A stretch of DNA of 64,000 nt, taken from the NCBI GenBank assembly GCA_019058445.1, contig JAHPZA010000006.1:1024001-1088000 (forward strand). The letters are read 5' to 3'. Numbering within the stretch: the stretch's first letter is position 1; each line of letters starts with the position of its first letter. Positions 1 to 10,863 of the stretch are shown here, in pieces. The notes under the pieces are model-generated. The model saw nothing but the letters and a program-made list of their open reading frames with translations, had not been told where the DNA came from and made no database searches. The translations under genes were made by a program, and so were the position numbers. The DNA comes from Promethearchaeota archaeon (GTDB lineage Archaea; Asgardarchaeota; Lokiarchaeia; Sigyniarchaeales; SOKP01).

Positions 1-762
1 AAAGAATCAAAGAAAAAAAATCTACAAGAGCTTGCCAGTAAGATTCCCGGACAATCGAGTCTGGTGTTTACAAATACCGATATCTTTGAATTAAAGAAGT
101 TATTTTTAGAAAATGAGTGGATGGTACCAGCTAAACCTAATGAAATCACCCCTGTAGATATTTGGGTGCCAGCTGGGGATACAGGACTCCCAACAGGTCA
201 GGTAATAAGCGAGTTAAATATGACTTTGCGTTTACCTACGCGAATACAAAATGATACGATTTGGATAAGAGAGGATACGAGAACTCATAAGGCAGGGGAA
301 CTAGTGGATGTAAAACAAGCGGCTGTTTTGAAAAAATTGGGAATTAGACCTATAGAGTCGTTGATTAGAATTCACTTTGCTTGGTGTGATGGCGAGGTTT
401 ATCCAGAAGAAGTATTATATATGGATATAGAGCAATTTCAACAAGATGTTGCGTCTTGTTATTACACTGCCCAAACCCTTGCACTTGAACTAGGTATTAT
501 TGATGAGGCAACAATAAAGCCATTGATTCAAAAAGCTAATAGAGAAGCATTAGGTATCCTATTTGAACTGGGGATTTTTGATGAGAGTATGGTTGAAGAT
601 TACATAAAGAAAGCAGCTTTAAACGCTAACATTGTGAATTCATTGGTATTTGGAACTGGTATATCTGCACCGATAAAAGGAAAAACCCCTGAACCAAAGA
701 AAGAAGAATCTGAAGATGATGATTCCGAGGAAGAAGCCACGGGCATCGGATCGTTATTTTAA
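1..762 (+). CDS. rpl10: 50S ribosomal protein uL10 (P0), 5'-truncated by window edge
   Basis: Frame is open from base 1 (KESKKKNLQELASKIPGQSSLVFTN...); P0 motifs PAGDTGLPTG and LKKLGIRP; acidic hinge and C-terminal TGIGSLF stalk motif. Confidence 0.95.
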   Translation, partial: KESKKKNLQELASKIPGQSSLVFTNTDIFELKKLFLENEWMVPAKPNEITPVDIWVPAGDTGLPTGQVISELNMTLRLPTRIQNDTIWIREDTRTHKAGELVDVKQAAVLKKLGIRPIESLIRIHFAWCDGEVYPEEVLYMDIEQFQQDVASCYYTAQTLALELGIIDEATIKPLIQKANREALGILFELGIFDESMVEDYIKKAALNANIVNSLVFGTGISAPIKGKTPEPKKEESEDDDSEEEATGIGSLF

Positions 763-843
763 CTAATTAGGATGATTTTTTTAAAGTCCAAATTCAAAAT
801 TATGAAATAAAAATTAAAATCAAAAAAAAAAGAGGAAAAAAAA

Positions 844-1143
844 ATGGAAAGTGTATACGCTGCACTCTTACTTCATAAAGCTTCTAAAAAGATTACTGAA
901 GCTGCGATTGAAAAGATTTTAACTGCTGCTGGAGTTAAAGCAGATAAAAGTCAAATAACTAAGCTGGTTGCTGGGTTAAAAGACACTGATATTGATACAA
1001 TTTTAGCCTCAGCAACGGCAGCTCCTATAATGGCAGCTCCTGCTGCTGGTGGAGGAGCTCCTGCAGCATCTGGAGCCGAAGAAGAAAAGAAAGAGGAAGA
1101 AGAGGAAGAAGAGGAGCCTACAGGAATCGGGAGTTTGTTTTAA
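844..1143 (+). CDS. rpl12: 50S ribosomal stalk protein P1 (aL12)
   Basis: MESVYAALLLH start, Ala-rich hinge, acidic tail, GIGSLF end; follows uL10. Confidence 0.97.
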   Translation: MESVYAALLLHKASKKITEAAIEKILTAAGVKADKSQITKLVAGLKDTDIDTILASATAAPIMAAPAAGGGAPAASGAEEEKKEEEEEEEEPTGIGSLF

Positions 1144-1361
1144 ATTAACATATCAATTCGTATTTTTTTAATTATTTTTTTCTATTTTTATGAATGTGTA
1201 AACAGAAAATTATAGGGAATATGGATTCATATCATAATTTGATAGAATATTATTAATGTTTTATTTTCTAAATTGTGTAAACTTTTTATAGATTGAAATA
1301 ATTAAATTGATTTATAATTCAATTTAACAAAAAAGTATTATTCAGTCTATAGTGGTTATAA

Positions 1362-4300
1362 ATGAAATTCAATTTAAAAAAACTTACATCATTAATAGAT
1401 GAACATAGGAAAACAACAACAATAGGTATATTTGTTTTAATAGTATCAGCGGGTATCCTTGTATTTTTAGCACCTGCCTTGTTTGATTATTATTACGAAG
1501 AACCTTTGGATGAAGAAGATAATGATATAGATTCAGTATTGTGGAGGTTTGGTAAAGGAATGCCTGGTACGGGAGCAACAATGCAACCCGAAAAAGTATC
1601 TTTTATAAGCGGAGGAGAAGAGTATATTGTAGTCGGAACTGACGGAGGGATTGCTACTCTTACATTAGATGGAATTATAAGTATGAGTTATATGACTTTT
1701 GGTGATGTAATTTCGTTTGAGTTAATCGAAGATATCTCAGGGGATGGTCAAAAAGATATTGTTTTAATTGTCTATGATAGAGACCATGCTAATGTTATTG
1801 CTATTGCTTCGAGTAACGGAGAAGAGATATGGAAGTATGATCCACGAGTCAAAGGTTATGATTCCGAAACCTTTGCCACTCGAGAATTTATTACATATAC
1901 CTGGGATCTTGTAGTAATAGATGATATTGATGATGATGGTACAGATGATGTCGTTATTTCCTCTTGGAATAGAATTATTGCCTTAGAGGGGGATGAGGGA
2001 GATGAGATTTGGATAAATAATGATGCTTGTACAAATGATATTTGGAATATTGAGGTTTTAGATGATAAAATTATTGCTGGTTCAGAAGCAGGAGAATTAG
2101 TGGCAGTTGATATGGAGGATGGTAAACTTGAATGGGTTTCAGAAATAGAACCAACGACAACTATATTACTTCGAAGTATGGCAGTCGTTGTAGAGAGGGA
2201 AATAGCAAGCTCTATTAACGATATCATCATAGACGGAGACAATATTATTGTTTCTGCGGATAATGGATATATCTATCTTGTTTCAGGAGATGATGGAGAT
2301 GAACTAGATGACTATGAGGTTCATGAGATTGATGAATATGAGGATTATGTGGGTGATACCTCAGACGCTCTTACATCTCCTTATAGCTGTGAGAGAAGGA
2401 TCTTTCAGCGTGCTGGGTTAAAATTATTTGAGATCAAAGACATAAATAACGACGGTTCCAATGAATATATGGCAATTTCTTTCCACCTTGAATATTCTGA
2501 AGAAGATTTTCATGATATAGAAGATCTTGAGTTTGAGGGATTTATTTTTAAATGTGATGATGATGAGATTGATGATACGTTAGGTGGTGATTTTAGTTAT
2601 GATGAAACACTATACACCGCTTCTTATCCAGAATTCATTAGGGTAGATTCCGAAGTTAGATGCTATTTTTTTAGAAATAATTTTGAAGGCACTACGGGTG
2701 GTGAAAGTAATTATCAAGGAATTTACTATAACGATTATGTTACTGACTCTTTAAACCCTACTAGATCTACAAGAGTCGTAAAAACTGGAGATGAATGGGA
2801 AGATGAGGCGAATGACGATGATACTAGGGGAAAATACTTATTAAATGTAGGAGATGTTAACGAGGATGGCAGTGATGATTTGTTTGCAATAAGTGATGAT
2901 GGAAAATATTTGCTTATTGATACAAAAAACAGTCAGACTATTTGGTCGAGATCTAAAGCAGCTGGAGGTTCAGAACTCATCCCAATTGAAGATATTGATA
3001 ATGATGGAGTAAGAGACTTTTTATTTAAGAAATATAGTGATTTTGAGCCTACATGGAGGGAATACTCTGGTGAAGATATAGATGTTCCTAGTTGGAATTA
3101 TTATGGAACAGAAGAAGGAGATCCCGCAGAGGATCAAATTATAATCTCCGAATTTTTAACCATTAGTGCCAGAACAGGCAGAGTAATATGGGAATTTAGC
3201 GTACCTGATCCTGCTTATTACGAGGGATTAAGGGAAGTGATTAATATTGGAGATGTCGATGGCGATAATATTGATGACTATGCTGGCTGGATAATTCCCT
3301 CTGATTACCCTCCGGAAGTCCTAAATCACATCCGGGATATATCAGGAGGAACTTCTGTATCAACAACAACTTATGGACCTGAAAGAAATAATTACGTTGA
3401 AGAAGCGATTAATAGAGCATTGTTAGTAGGGTACACACGATTTCTGGCTATCAATGGATCAAACGGTTTAATTTTCTGGAATACTCCTCTAATCGATTTC
3501 CCTTATAAATACTATCGAGACTATGAATATGGGGGGAATTATAATGACCCTACTAATCCTCAAGTTAACGCGGGAGAGATTTATCATAGAACATACGATC
3601 GTATCCCTCTTAACTGGACTAACTACGCATCCGATAGCGATCGGGATCATATTCTATGGACAAATCCATGGGACAGTTCAACTTTAATGCATGCAACGAA
3701 CCTTGGACGTGAATCAGGAACAACAAGTGATTCACTTTTCGATCTTTGGGGAGATAATGGAAAAAACCATACGATTACATCTTATAATTCGTCGGCATTG
3801 GCACTAATCGGTAATCCTCAAACTAGCTCTTCAGAAGAAACTAAAGAACAAGATAATTATAATTGGGTTGTGGATTCAGAATCCTCTAGTGGAAGCCAAA
3901 AAATATCGCTTGAAATGTCATTTAATCAATCTCTAGAAATTCAGAGCGATTCAGATTACCTTATGATAGATTATGCTGGAAATCTTACAACAAAAGTTGC
4001 TCAAATTGAACTATTTATCTATAATTTCTCAGATGATAATTGGATTAAAATAAGTCCGAAATCTATAAATTCCACATCTTTTACAACCATGCAAAAAACC
4101 TTTGAAGATATTCAAGATATTGTCAAAGCTGCTGATAATAATCGAGTTAAAATCAAAATTGAAGCAACTGATTCGAATAGTTTTTCTCTCTCGATTGATG
4201 AATTAGTTGTTAACTATATATATGAGCTCGGAAATTATACCCTGAAAGCAGAGCAAGCAGGAAGCACTTGGGTGACTTCAATCAATTTAACTATTCCTTT

Positions 4301-6650
4301 ACAATTTGGAACAGATTATCATGAACTTGCTCAGATCGACAGAATATCCGCTTTTAAAATGCAAACTAAAGCATTAATTGATCTTACAGGTCCTGAAGAA
4401 TGGAGGTCATTTAACTTTATATATGAAATTCTTAATTCTACTTCCGGTCAATGGTCTCCATTTTATATTAATGCAAGTAGCCGTTATCTGAATAAGGATC
4501 ACCCCATGAATGCTTGGTATGGGGGCTATAAAAATAGTTCAACAGGTGGATTTAGGCATAATGCTACAAGTTTCGAGTTATCTGATGTCTTGAGGTATGA
4601 TATGATGTATATAATTCGACGGGGTACCTATAATCCATCAGGTTTATGGGGGATAGACGATGGCATAGATTTTGATGGTGAAAATAGAACCATTATGTGG
4701 CCATTTATTGATGCAAACAATAATGTGAAAATTCGCATAAATATCACAAATACCAATAAACCTTTTAATTTAACAATTGATAGTTTTGGACTGGGCGTGT
4801 TCTACTGGGGAGTATTTGGTAATGATTGGGATAGTAGCTATGTCTATAATTTGGAAACTGATGAATGGGACGAAAATTTAGATAATATTTTAAATCTAAA
4901 AATTTTAGACTTTAAAGCAATAAACGGTACGGGTAATGATTCTTTCGATGTAGTAGTTGTCGCCGGATTTGAAACAAGTGGTAGTTGGAGCTCTAGATTA
5001 ATTCTATTTAACGTTAAAAATCAAACTATAAACGCTCAATGGGATCGCAATAGTAGGGATATAGTCCCGTATAATATTGTGAGTATTACATATTTGAATA
5101 ATACTCAAAACGGTTGGCTATTAAGCGGTACATTTAACGATCCCTCTACTCTATTTTCTCATAAATACATTCAAAATGCGAACTGGGATAACACAATAAC
5201 TAATTACGATAACTATACTGATCCAACGATAACTTATAAAGCTACTTCTATAGATATAACAAATCAATGGTCTCAATTCTATGAAGTTCCTGGAACAGTC
5301 GAATACAGATGGGGAAAATTGGGTATCATTCTAGGGCAATACGGCGATTATAATGATTACCATGAAAAAATTAAAATTATTAATCCAGATACTTTAGCAA
5401 CTATTTGTATTATTAATCCGACTAATTTGGACTATTTAGGAAGGTCACAATATTGGACTACCAGAAGAAATGATTTTAGTATGGAAGGTGCCGGATATAA
5501 AATAAGATTTTCATACGCGGACTTTACCGGAGATGGTTATTTTGAGCACGTAGCTTTGGCTGAAGGAGGTCGGGTCATTAAAATTTTCAGCGGTACAACC
5601 GTCGATCCAGGTGATGCATTTGTCAGTATTGACCTTGAAGAATTAATTGAAGAAGGGGAAGTTAGCGACAAATACAATGAGTGGTCAGAAGAAGTTGACA
5701 CTTCTTTCAATTTGCCATTCGCATCATGCGGAGATATTAACGATGATCATCGTGAAGATGGAATAGTTGGAATGCAAATGGCCAAGCAAGAATGGGATGA
5801 AAGACTGTATTCAAAGGGAGCTGCAGTTCTATGTTTGGACATTACTTCCAGTTCTGGGACCGATTTAGAACTTATTGAATTTGAAAATAGTGGTGATGAC
5901 AACGATGATGATGATGAGCGAGGTTTTGATAAAGATGCGTGGCAATTAGAGACCTATGATTATGAGTATGAATGGTCTGATGATAGATATGAATATGTCG
6001 ACTTTATGGAAAATATCGGAGATTTCAATGATGATGGTGAAGATGACATTATTTGCGGTCATCGTACATATACACGTGCCGAAGGTGCCTATATAACCGG
6101 TTATATTACCGACTTATTGGATGTCTATAATCAAGAATTGTTATATAGGTTTAATTTAGAGAGCGTTGAAGCAATTTATCCTGTTGGTGATATTACAGGA
6201 GATGGAAACAACGAATTCATACTCGCAAGCGGTGAGTCATTTTTCTGCATAAATTCGGAATTTGAAGTCGAATTTAAAAACATTGATGATGATGATGAAA
6301 TGTCATCGAGTAGATTCACGATCGAATGGGAGACGGAAGGTGATTACGATTATTTTGAGCTAGTGATTAATGATAATAGTTATTGTATTACGGAGTATAC
6401 GGAATGCAAAGTTTCTCTTGGTCAAGGTGAGAAAAAAGTTCAAATTTTTATGTACGATAAAAGCGGAGTCGTCATAGCTGTAGACGAGGTAAACATTACG
6501 GTCCCTGCAGATTATTCAATGTGGGTGTTGACTGTTATAATAGCAGGTATATCTGCAGCCCTTGTGGTAACTTATCGACGGATGAAAAATAAGAATAAGG
6601 GGATTGTTCTAATCGATAAAGATAAAAAAATGGAGGAGTTAAAGATATGA
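1362..6650 (+). CDS. Large membrane-anchored surface protein with FG-GAP/PQQ-like beta-propeller repeats
   Basis: N-terminal TM helix, about 10 DxxxDGxxD-type Ca-binding loops, W-containing propeller blades, many N-x-S/T sequons, C-terminal TM helix plus basic tail. Confidence 0.85.
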   Translation: MKFNLKKLTSLIDEHRKTTTIGIFVLIVSAGILVFLAPALFDYYYEEPLDEEDNDIDSVLWRFGKGMPGTGATMQPEKVSFISGGEEYIVVGTDGGIATLTLDGIISMSYMTFGDVISFELIEDISGDGQKDIVLIVYDRDHANVIAIASSNGEEIWKYDPRVKGYDSETFATREFITYTWDLVVIDDIDDDGTDDVVISSWNRIIALEGDEGDEIWINNDACTNDIWNIEVLDDKIIAGSEAGELVAVDMEDGKLEWVSEIEPTTTILLRSMAVVVEREIASSINDIIIDGDNIIVSADNGYIYLVSGDDGDELDDYEVHEIDEYEDYVGDTSDALTSPYSCERRIFQRAGLKLFEIKDINNDGSNEYMAISFHLEYSEEDFHDIEDLEFEGFIFKCDDDEIDDTLGGDFSYDETLYTASYPEFIRVDSEVRCYFFRNNFEGTTGGESNYQGIYYNDYVTDSLNPTRSTRVVKTGDEWEDEANDDDTRGKYLLNVGDVNEDGSDDLFAISDDGKYLLIDTKNSQTIWSRSKAAGGSELIPIEDIDNDGVRDFLFKKYSDFEPTWREYSGEDIDVPSWNYYGTEEGDPAEDQIIISEFLTISARTGRVIWEFSVPDPAYYEGLREVINIGDVDGDNIDDYAGWIIPSDYPPEVLNHIRDISGGTSVSTTTYGPERNNYVEEAINRALLVGYTRFLAINGSNGLIFWNTPLIDFPYKYYRDYEYGGNYNDPTNPQVNAGEIYHRTYDRIPLNWTNYASDSDRDHILWTNPWDSSTLMHATNLGRESGTTSDSLFDLWGDNGKNHTITSYNSSALALIGNPQTSSSEETKEQDNYNWVVDSESSSGSQKISLEMSFNQSLEIQSDSDYLMIDYAGNLTTKVAQIELFIYNFSDDNWIKISPKSINSTSFTTMQKTFEDIQDIVKAADNNRVKIKIEATDSNSFSLSIDELVVNYIYELGNYTLKAEQAGSTWVTSINLTIPLQFGTDYHELAQIDRISAFKMQTKALIDLTGPEEWRSFNFIYEILNSTSGQWSPFYINASSRYLNKDHPMNAWYGGYKNSSTGGFRHNATSFELSDVLRYDMMYIIRRGTYNPSGLWGIDDGIDFDGENRTIMWPFIDANNNVKIRINITNTNKPFNLTIDSFGLGVFYWGVFGNDWDSSYVYNLETDEWDENLDNILNLKILDFKAINGTGNDSFDVVVVAGFETSGSWSSRLILFNVKNQTINAQWDRNSRDIVPYNIVSITYLNNTQNGWLLSGTFNDPSTLFSHKYIQNANWDNTITNYDNYTDPTITYKATSIDITNQWSQFYEVPGTVEYRWGKLGIILGQYGDYNDYHEKIKIINPDTLATICIINPTNLDYLGRSQYWTTRRNDFSMEGAGYKIRFSYADFTGDGYFEHVALAEGGRVIKIFSGTTVDPGDAFVSIDLEELIEEGEVSDKYNEWSEEVDTSFNLPFASCGDINDDHREDGIVGMQMAKQEWDERLYSKGAAVLCLDITSSSGTDLELIEFENSGDDNDDDDERGFDKDAWQLETYDYEYEWSDDRYEYVDFMENIGDFNDDGEDDIICGHRTYTRAEGAYITGYITDLLDVYNQELLYRFNLESVEAIYPVGDITGDGNNEFILASGESFFCINSEFEVEFKNIDDDDEMSSSRFTIEWETEGDYDYFELVINDNSYCITEYTECKVSLGQGEKKVQIFMYDKSGVVIAVDEVNITVPADYSMWVLTVIIAGISAALVVTYRRMKNKNKGIVLIDKDKKMEELKI

Positions 6651-7627
6651 TTAAAAAAGAGAAGGTTACGGAGAGGAAAACAGATTTTAAATACGAAATC
6701 TGGAGTAATGAACTCCAAAAAATCTACGGGAAGAAGGATAAAGCATTTGAAGCTGTAAAAAAAATAAATCTCCGTGTAGAACCCGGAATTCACGGTTTTT
6801 TAGGGCCTAACGGAGCAGGTAAAACAACAACCATGAGTATGCTGGTTGGAGCTATTTCTATAACCTCTGGTGAGGCTAAAATAAGAAATGAAGATGCAGG
6901 AAGCGTTGCTGCGAGGCGGTTATTTGGGTTCTTACCCCAAGATCCTGTTTTTTACAATCATATGACGGGAGAGGATTACCTAATTTACATGGGAAAGCTA
7001 GGAGGATTGCATAAAACAGAAGCAAGGAAGAGAGCTCAAGAGCTATGTGCGTATTTTGATATTTTCGACGATAGAGTCCGGCCTATAGGGGAATATTCTG
7101 GGGGTATGAAACAAAAAATCGGGATTGCAGCGGCACTTATTCACAAACCAAAATTATTAATTTTAGATGAACCAACGGCCAATTTGGATCCAATAGGACG
7201 TGCAAGTATAATAGAAAAAATCAAGGAAATTTCTAAAACAGTAAGTGTATTTGTATCTAGCCACATACTATCCGAAATTGAACAGATGTGCGATCGGGTA
7301 ACTATGATTAATAACGGTGAAATCGTTATTTCAGATACGTTAAAAAATATCAAGAAGAAATATATCGGAAACACTTATCAATTAGACACTAATAAAAACC
7401 AGGAAATTTTACAATCCCTAGAAAAGAAGGATTATGTGCAAAAAGCCTGGATAAAAGAGGAAGACGAAACAGTTCAAGTAATTCCTAAAGATGCTGACAG
7501 ACTACAGACGGAGATACCTAAGTTAATATTAGATAATAAAGCGATAATGTATAGTTTCCATATACCCGAGGTGTCACTACAGGATATATTTATGGAAGTA
7601 TATGCTTTGGGAGGGAGTAAAAAATGA
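6647..7627 (+). CDS. ABC-2 type transporter ATP-binding protein
   Basis: Walker A GPNGAGKTT, signature YSGGMKQK, Walker B LILDEPT, H-loop SSHILSE; ATGA overlap with upstream gene. Confidence 0.95.
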   Translation: MIKKEKVTERKTDFKYEIWSNELQKIYGKKDKAFEAVKKINLRVEPGIHGFLGPNGAGKTTTMSMLVGAISITSGEAKIRNEDAGSVAARRLFGFLPQDPVFYNHMTGEDYLIYMGKLGGLHKTEARKRAQELCAYFDIFDDRVRPIGEYSGGMKQKIGIAAALIHKPKLLILDEPTANLDPIGRASIIEKIKEISKTVSVFVSSHILSEIEQMCDRVTMINNGEIVISDTLKNIKKKYIGNTYQLDTNKNQEILQSLEKKDYVQKAWIKEEDETVQVIPKDADRLQTEIPKLILDNKAIMYSFHIPEVSLQDIFMEVYALGGSKK

Positions 7628-8628
7628 GCTTAGAAACGATTAAAAAAAAGACAAAATCTCTATTCTTAAGAGTAAAATCAGAAACTGTGGAGAATGAAGC
7701 ATTCAGAAATATGCTAATATTAACTATAAAGACCTATCAAGATTTAACATCACTTAAGAAATTTTTAATTTCGTTAGTTGGGATGATGTTATTTCCGATC
7801 ATCTTCCTTTCATTCGAAACGACCATTGATTATAATTCAATTTCTGTTCAACACGCTGCAGCAGCCATAAGCATCCAAATAATATTCCCTATGTTCTTTT
7901 GGACTTTAGGAATCGCTTTCATCTGCATTATTGGTACTAGCGGAGCGTCTCTTATTGCAGAAGAGGTTCATTCGGGAACCATGTTGATTTTAGTAAGTAA
8001 GCCAATTCGCCGAATAAAAATATTTCTGGGAAAATTTCTTGGATTATTCTTATATGGGGCAGTTTTAAGTTTTTGTGCGGTATTTCTATTAGGTTGGATA
8101 GCTGTGCTGAGATATTCTGCCAATCTACTTCACTTTTTTGCATTGATGCCATTTTTATTGGCATCCTATCTATATTCATTAGTTCTTTTGCTTATATTTT
8201 GTAGTATTACACTGGCTCTTTCATCAATCATGGATCGCCCAAGAAATGCTGCATTAGGGGTTTTATTCTTGGTTATTTTTTCTTTCATAGGAATGATGGT
8301 TCTTAAGATGTTCATTGCAGATTATTACGAAGATTATTATTTATATCATATCGATCTCGGTTATCATTTATCAAACATCTATATATCCTTTTTAGAGGCA
8401 TTTAATGCAATTCCTTTAGTAGCAGAGTGGCAGCAGTGGTTTGCTATGACGACTGGCGTATATGAAACTGCGTCACCTACGGATCCCGATCAAGATATAA
8501 ATCCTGGGGGAATGATAAGGACAGATTATTATCTACCGATCTTCTCCTTACTAATATGGATTGGTATTGCTATTGGTCTTTTAGCTTATGGCTTGTTTAG
8601 TTTAAAGAACAGAGAGATTTCGGTTTAA
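7624..8628 (+). CDS. ABC-2 type transporter permease
   Basis: About 6 TM helices; IAEEVHSGTMLILVSKPIRR..IFLGKF motif of ABC-2 permeases; ATGA overlap. Confidence 0.9.
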   Translation: MSLETIKKKTKSLFLRVKSETVENEAFRNMLILTIKTYQDLTSLKKFLISLVGMMLFPIIFLSFETTIDYNSISVQHAAAAISIQIIFPMFFWTLGIAFICIIGTSGASLIAEEVHSGTMLILVSKPIRRIKIFLGKFLGLFLYGAVLSFCAVFLLGWIAVLRYSANLLHFFALMPFLLASYLYSLVLLLIFCSITLALSSIMDRPRNAALGVLFLVIFSFIGMMVLKMFIADYYEDYYLYHIDLGYHLSNIYISFLEAFNAIPLVAEWQQWFAMTTGVYETASPTDPDQDINPGGMIRTDYYLPIFSLLIWIGIAIGLLAYGLFSLKNREISV

Positions 8629-8727
8629 AACGGAAAAATTCTAAATTTAATAAATATCCTTTTTTTTTTATTATTTCTTATATTCAAGCAATAAGAGCTC
8701 TTTTTATTAAATCAAATATTAAAGATA

Positions 8728-9930
8728 TTGATGATTAGCCATAAAGATGAAAGGTCATATGTTCAAAAAAGGTTGTACATTTATCATTTCTTAAATGACG
8801 GGATTACCTTTGTATTACCAGTTCTAATGGTTAGTTTATATTTTGAATTTAACTTAAATTGGTTCCAAATTGGGTTAATTTTTGCCTTTAATTCTCTGGC
8901 GACAATAATCTTTCAATTAATTGTGGGTTATTTCACAGATCAAAATAATAATAAAACTTTAATGTTATTTGGGTTGTTTTTATTAGCTTTATCATCCTTT
9001 TTAATGATAATTTCATTTGATTTTGTTAGTTTACTGATTTTTGCCACTATATCTGGAATTGCTTTGGCTTTTCAGCATTCTATCGCCTATGCGACGACGA
9101 GTAGAATGTATCAAGAGAAAAATGATATTATGATTGGTCGTCAAGGAGCAGCGGGAGATTTGGGCAAGTGCATTGCGGTTTTTTCATCTGCTTTACTTTT
9201 AATCTTCTTTAGTTCATGGAAATTAGTGTTGTTAATTTGGGCATTCATCTGTTTGCTGATTTTCATAGTTATTACGATTAATTTCCGTAATATAACCTTT
9301 GAAGAATATTATAATCATGATAGTGTGAATGAGATCAAGGTACCTAATAAAGTTGAGAAAGAACTCCGGAAAATATTAGTTATTTTGGTATTTATTATCT
9401 ATATCCTCTTTTTGGCAATATATTCATTGTTAATAATTAATCTGGCAATCTATTTAAGAGTAGAAAAAACGGGCATCGTTTCGGAATACTCTGGATTAAT
9501 TATGGGATATACCTTAATTTTCGGTGTCATTGGGGCGTATTTTTCAGGTAGTATGAAAAAGAAATATGGAATGACAAATTCTCTAATTTTTTTCAGTATT
9601 TTAATGATAGGGGTGGTAATAATATACATCCTTTTAGATACAAGTGATTTGATAATAAATTTATTATTTTATGCTCTGCTTGGATTTTTATTATTTTTGC
9701 TATATCCCCAATTACTTGCTGCCATAAATGATTGTTTTCATCATAAAAAAATTGGATTTGGATATGGCATAGTTCTAAGTTGTGGATGGCTTGGAAATTT
9801 TATTGGATTCTTAATTGGTGGATATTTCGCTAATCTTTATTCAGCTAATATGTTTTTCATCATTAGTATTATTTTTTTTGTCATGGTAATTGTTTTATCC
9901 CTAATAATAAAGATAAATCATAAGATATAA
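8728..9930 (+). CDS. MFS transporter
   Basis: About 12 TM helices; HFLND in TM1, GYFTD loop. Confidence 0.88.
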   Translation: MMISHKDERSYVQKRLYIYHFLNDGITFVLPVLMVSLYFEFNLNWFQIGLIFAFNSLATIIFQLIVGYFTDQNNNKTLMLFGLFLLALSSFLMIISFDFVSLLIFATISGIALAFQHSIAYATTSRMYQEKNDIMIGRQGAAGDLGKCIAVFSSALLLIFFSSWKLVLLIWAFICLLIFIVITINFRNITFEEYYNHDSVNEIKVPNKVEKELRKILVILVFIIYILFLAIYSLLIINLAIYLRVEKTGIVSEYSGLIMGYTLIFGVIGAYFSGSMKKKYGMTNSLIFFSILMIGVVIIYILLDTSDLIINLLFYALLGFLLFLLYPQLLAAINDCFHHKKIGFGYGIVLSCGWLGNFIGFLIGGYFANLYSANMFFIISIIFFVMVIVLSLIIKINHKI

Positions 9931-10077
9931 TTCCTTAAATTATACCATGTGTGCAAATGCATCTATTATCATTATTTATATGATCAATTATATGGCATTT
10001 CTTAAAGTTTGCCGTATTTATCATTATTAATAAAAGTTAATTTCAAATAACAAAAAAAGAAAACAAAAAGCGATTTT

Positions 10078-10863
10078 ATGAGACAAAAACTAGATTTAAA
10101 CATTCCTAAATATAAGATATTTGATTTTCATAGGCATATATCAAATTTGAGCGAATTCGAACAAAATTTAACTGAATTTAATATAGATAAATTTTGTTTA
10201 ATGCCCACTACGATAGAAAACGATTTTGAAAATATTTCTTCTTATATTGAAAATATTAAACCGTATTATGAAAAATACAAAGATAGAGCGCTGATTTTTG
10301 GAGCATTAGATTTCTCAAATGATTACAATTATAATAGAGAGCTATTAGAAAAACAAAAAAAAAATATAAATATAAGAGGTATAAAACTGCACCCTGACCA
10401 AGGATTTGAGCTAACTAAGAAATTTTTAAAACCGTACTTCCACGCAATATCTGATGTATTTGGTTATAAGATACCCATTTATGTTCATACGGATTGGCCA
10501 TTGAAAGAAGAACAGAGGTATGCTCCAGATAGTATAAAAAATACTTTTGACAAAATAGTTGCTAATTTTTCAGATTTTAACTTTATAATGGGACATGCAG
10601 GAGGTTCAGGTGCGTACTTAAACGTGTGGAAAAGCTGTAAAAAATTTCCTAATGTGTATCTGGAAACTTCAATGTCTCCAGTAACCTCACCTTTGGAGGA
10701 AGTTATATGGAAAATAGGTCCCCAAAAATTGCTATTTGGGAGTAATTACCCTTATTGCGCAACAAGCATAGAACTTGTAAAATTACAAAGTCTCTATAAA
10801 ATATCCGAAGAAGATATAAGGATGGCTCTAGAATCAAATGCGGAGGTGTTATTTTCAAAATGA
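10078..10863 (+). CDS. Amidohydrolase_2 family metallohydrolase
   Basis: DFHRH, GIKLHP, YVHT, MGHAG, LLFGSNYP motifs. Confidence 0.88.
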   Translation: MRQKLDLNIPKYKIFDFHRHISNLSEFEQNLTEFNIDKFCLMPTTIENDFENISSYIENIKPYYEKYKDRALIFGALDFSNDYNYNRELLEKQKKNINIRGIKLHPDQGFELTKKFLKPYFHAISDVFGYKIPIYVHTDWPLKEEQRYAPDSIKNTFDKIVANFSDFNFIMGHAGGSGAYLNVWKSCKKFPNVYLETSMSPVTSPLEEVIWKIGPQKLLFGSNYPYCATSIELVKLQSLYKISEEDIRMALESNAEVLFSK

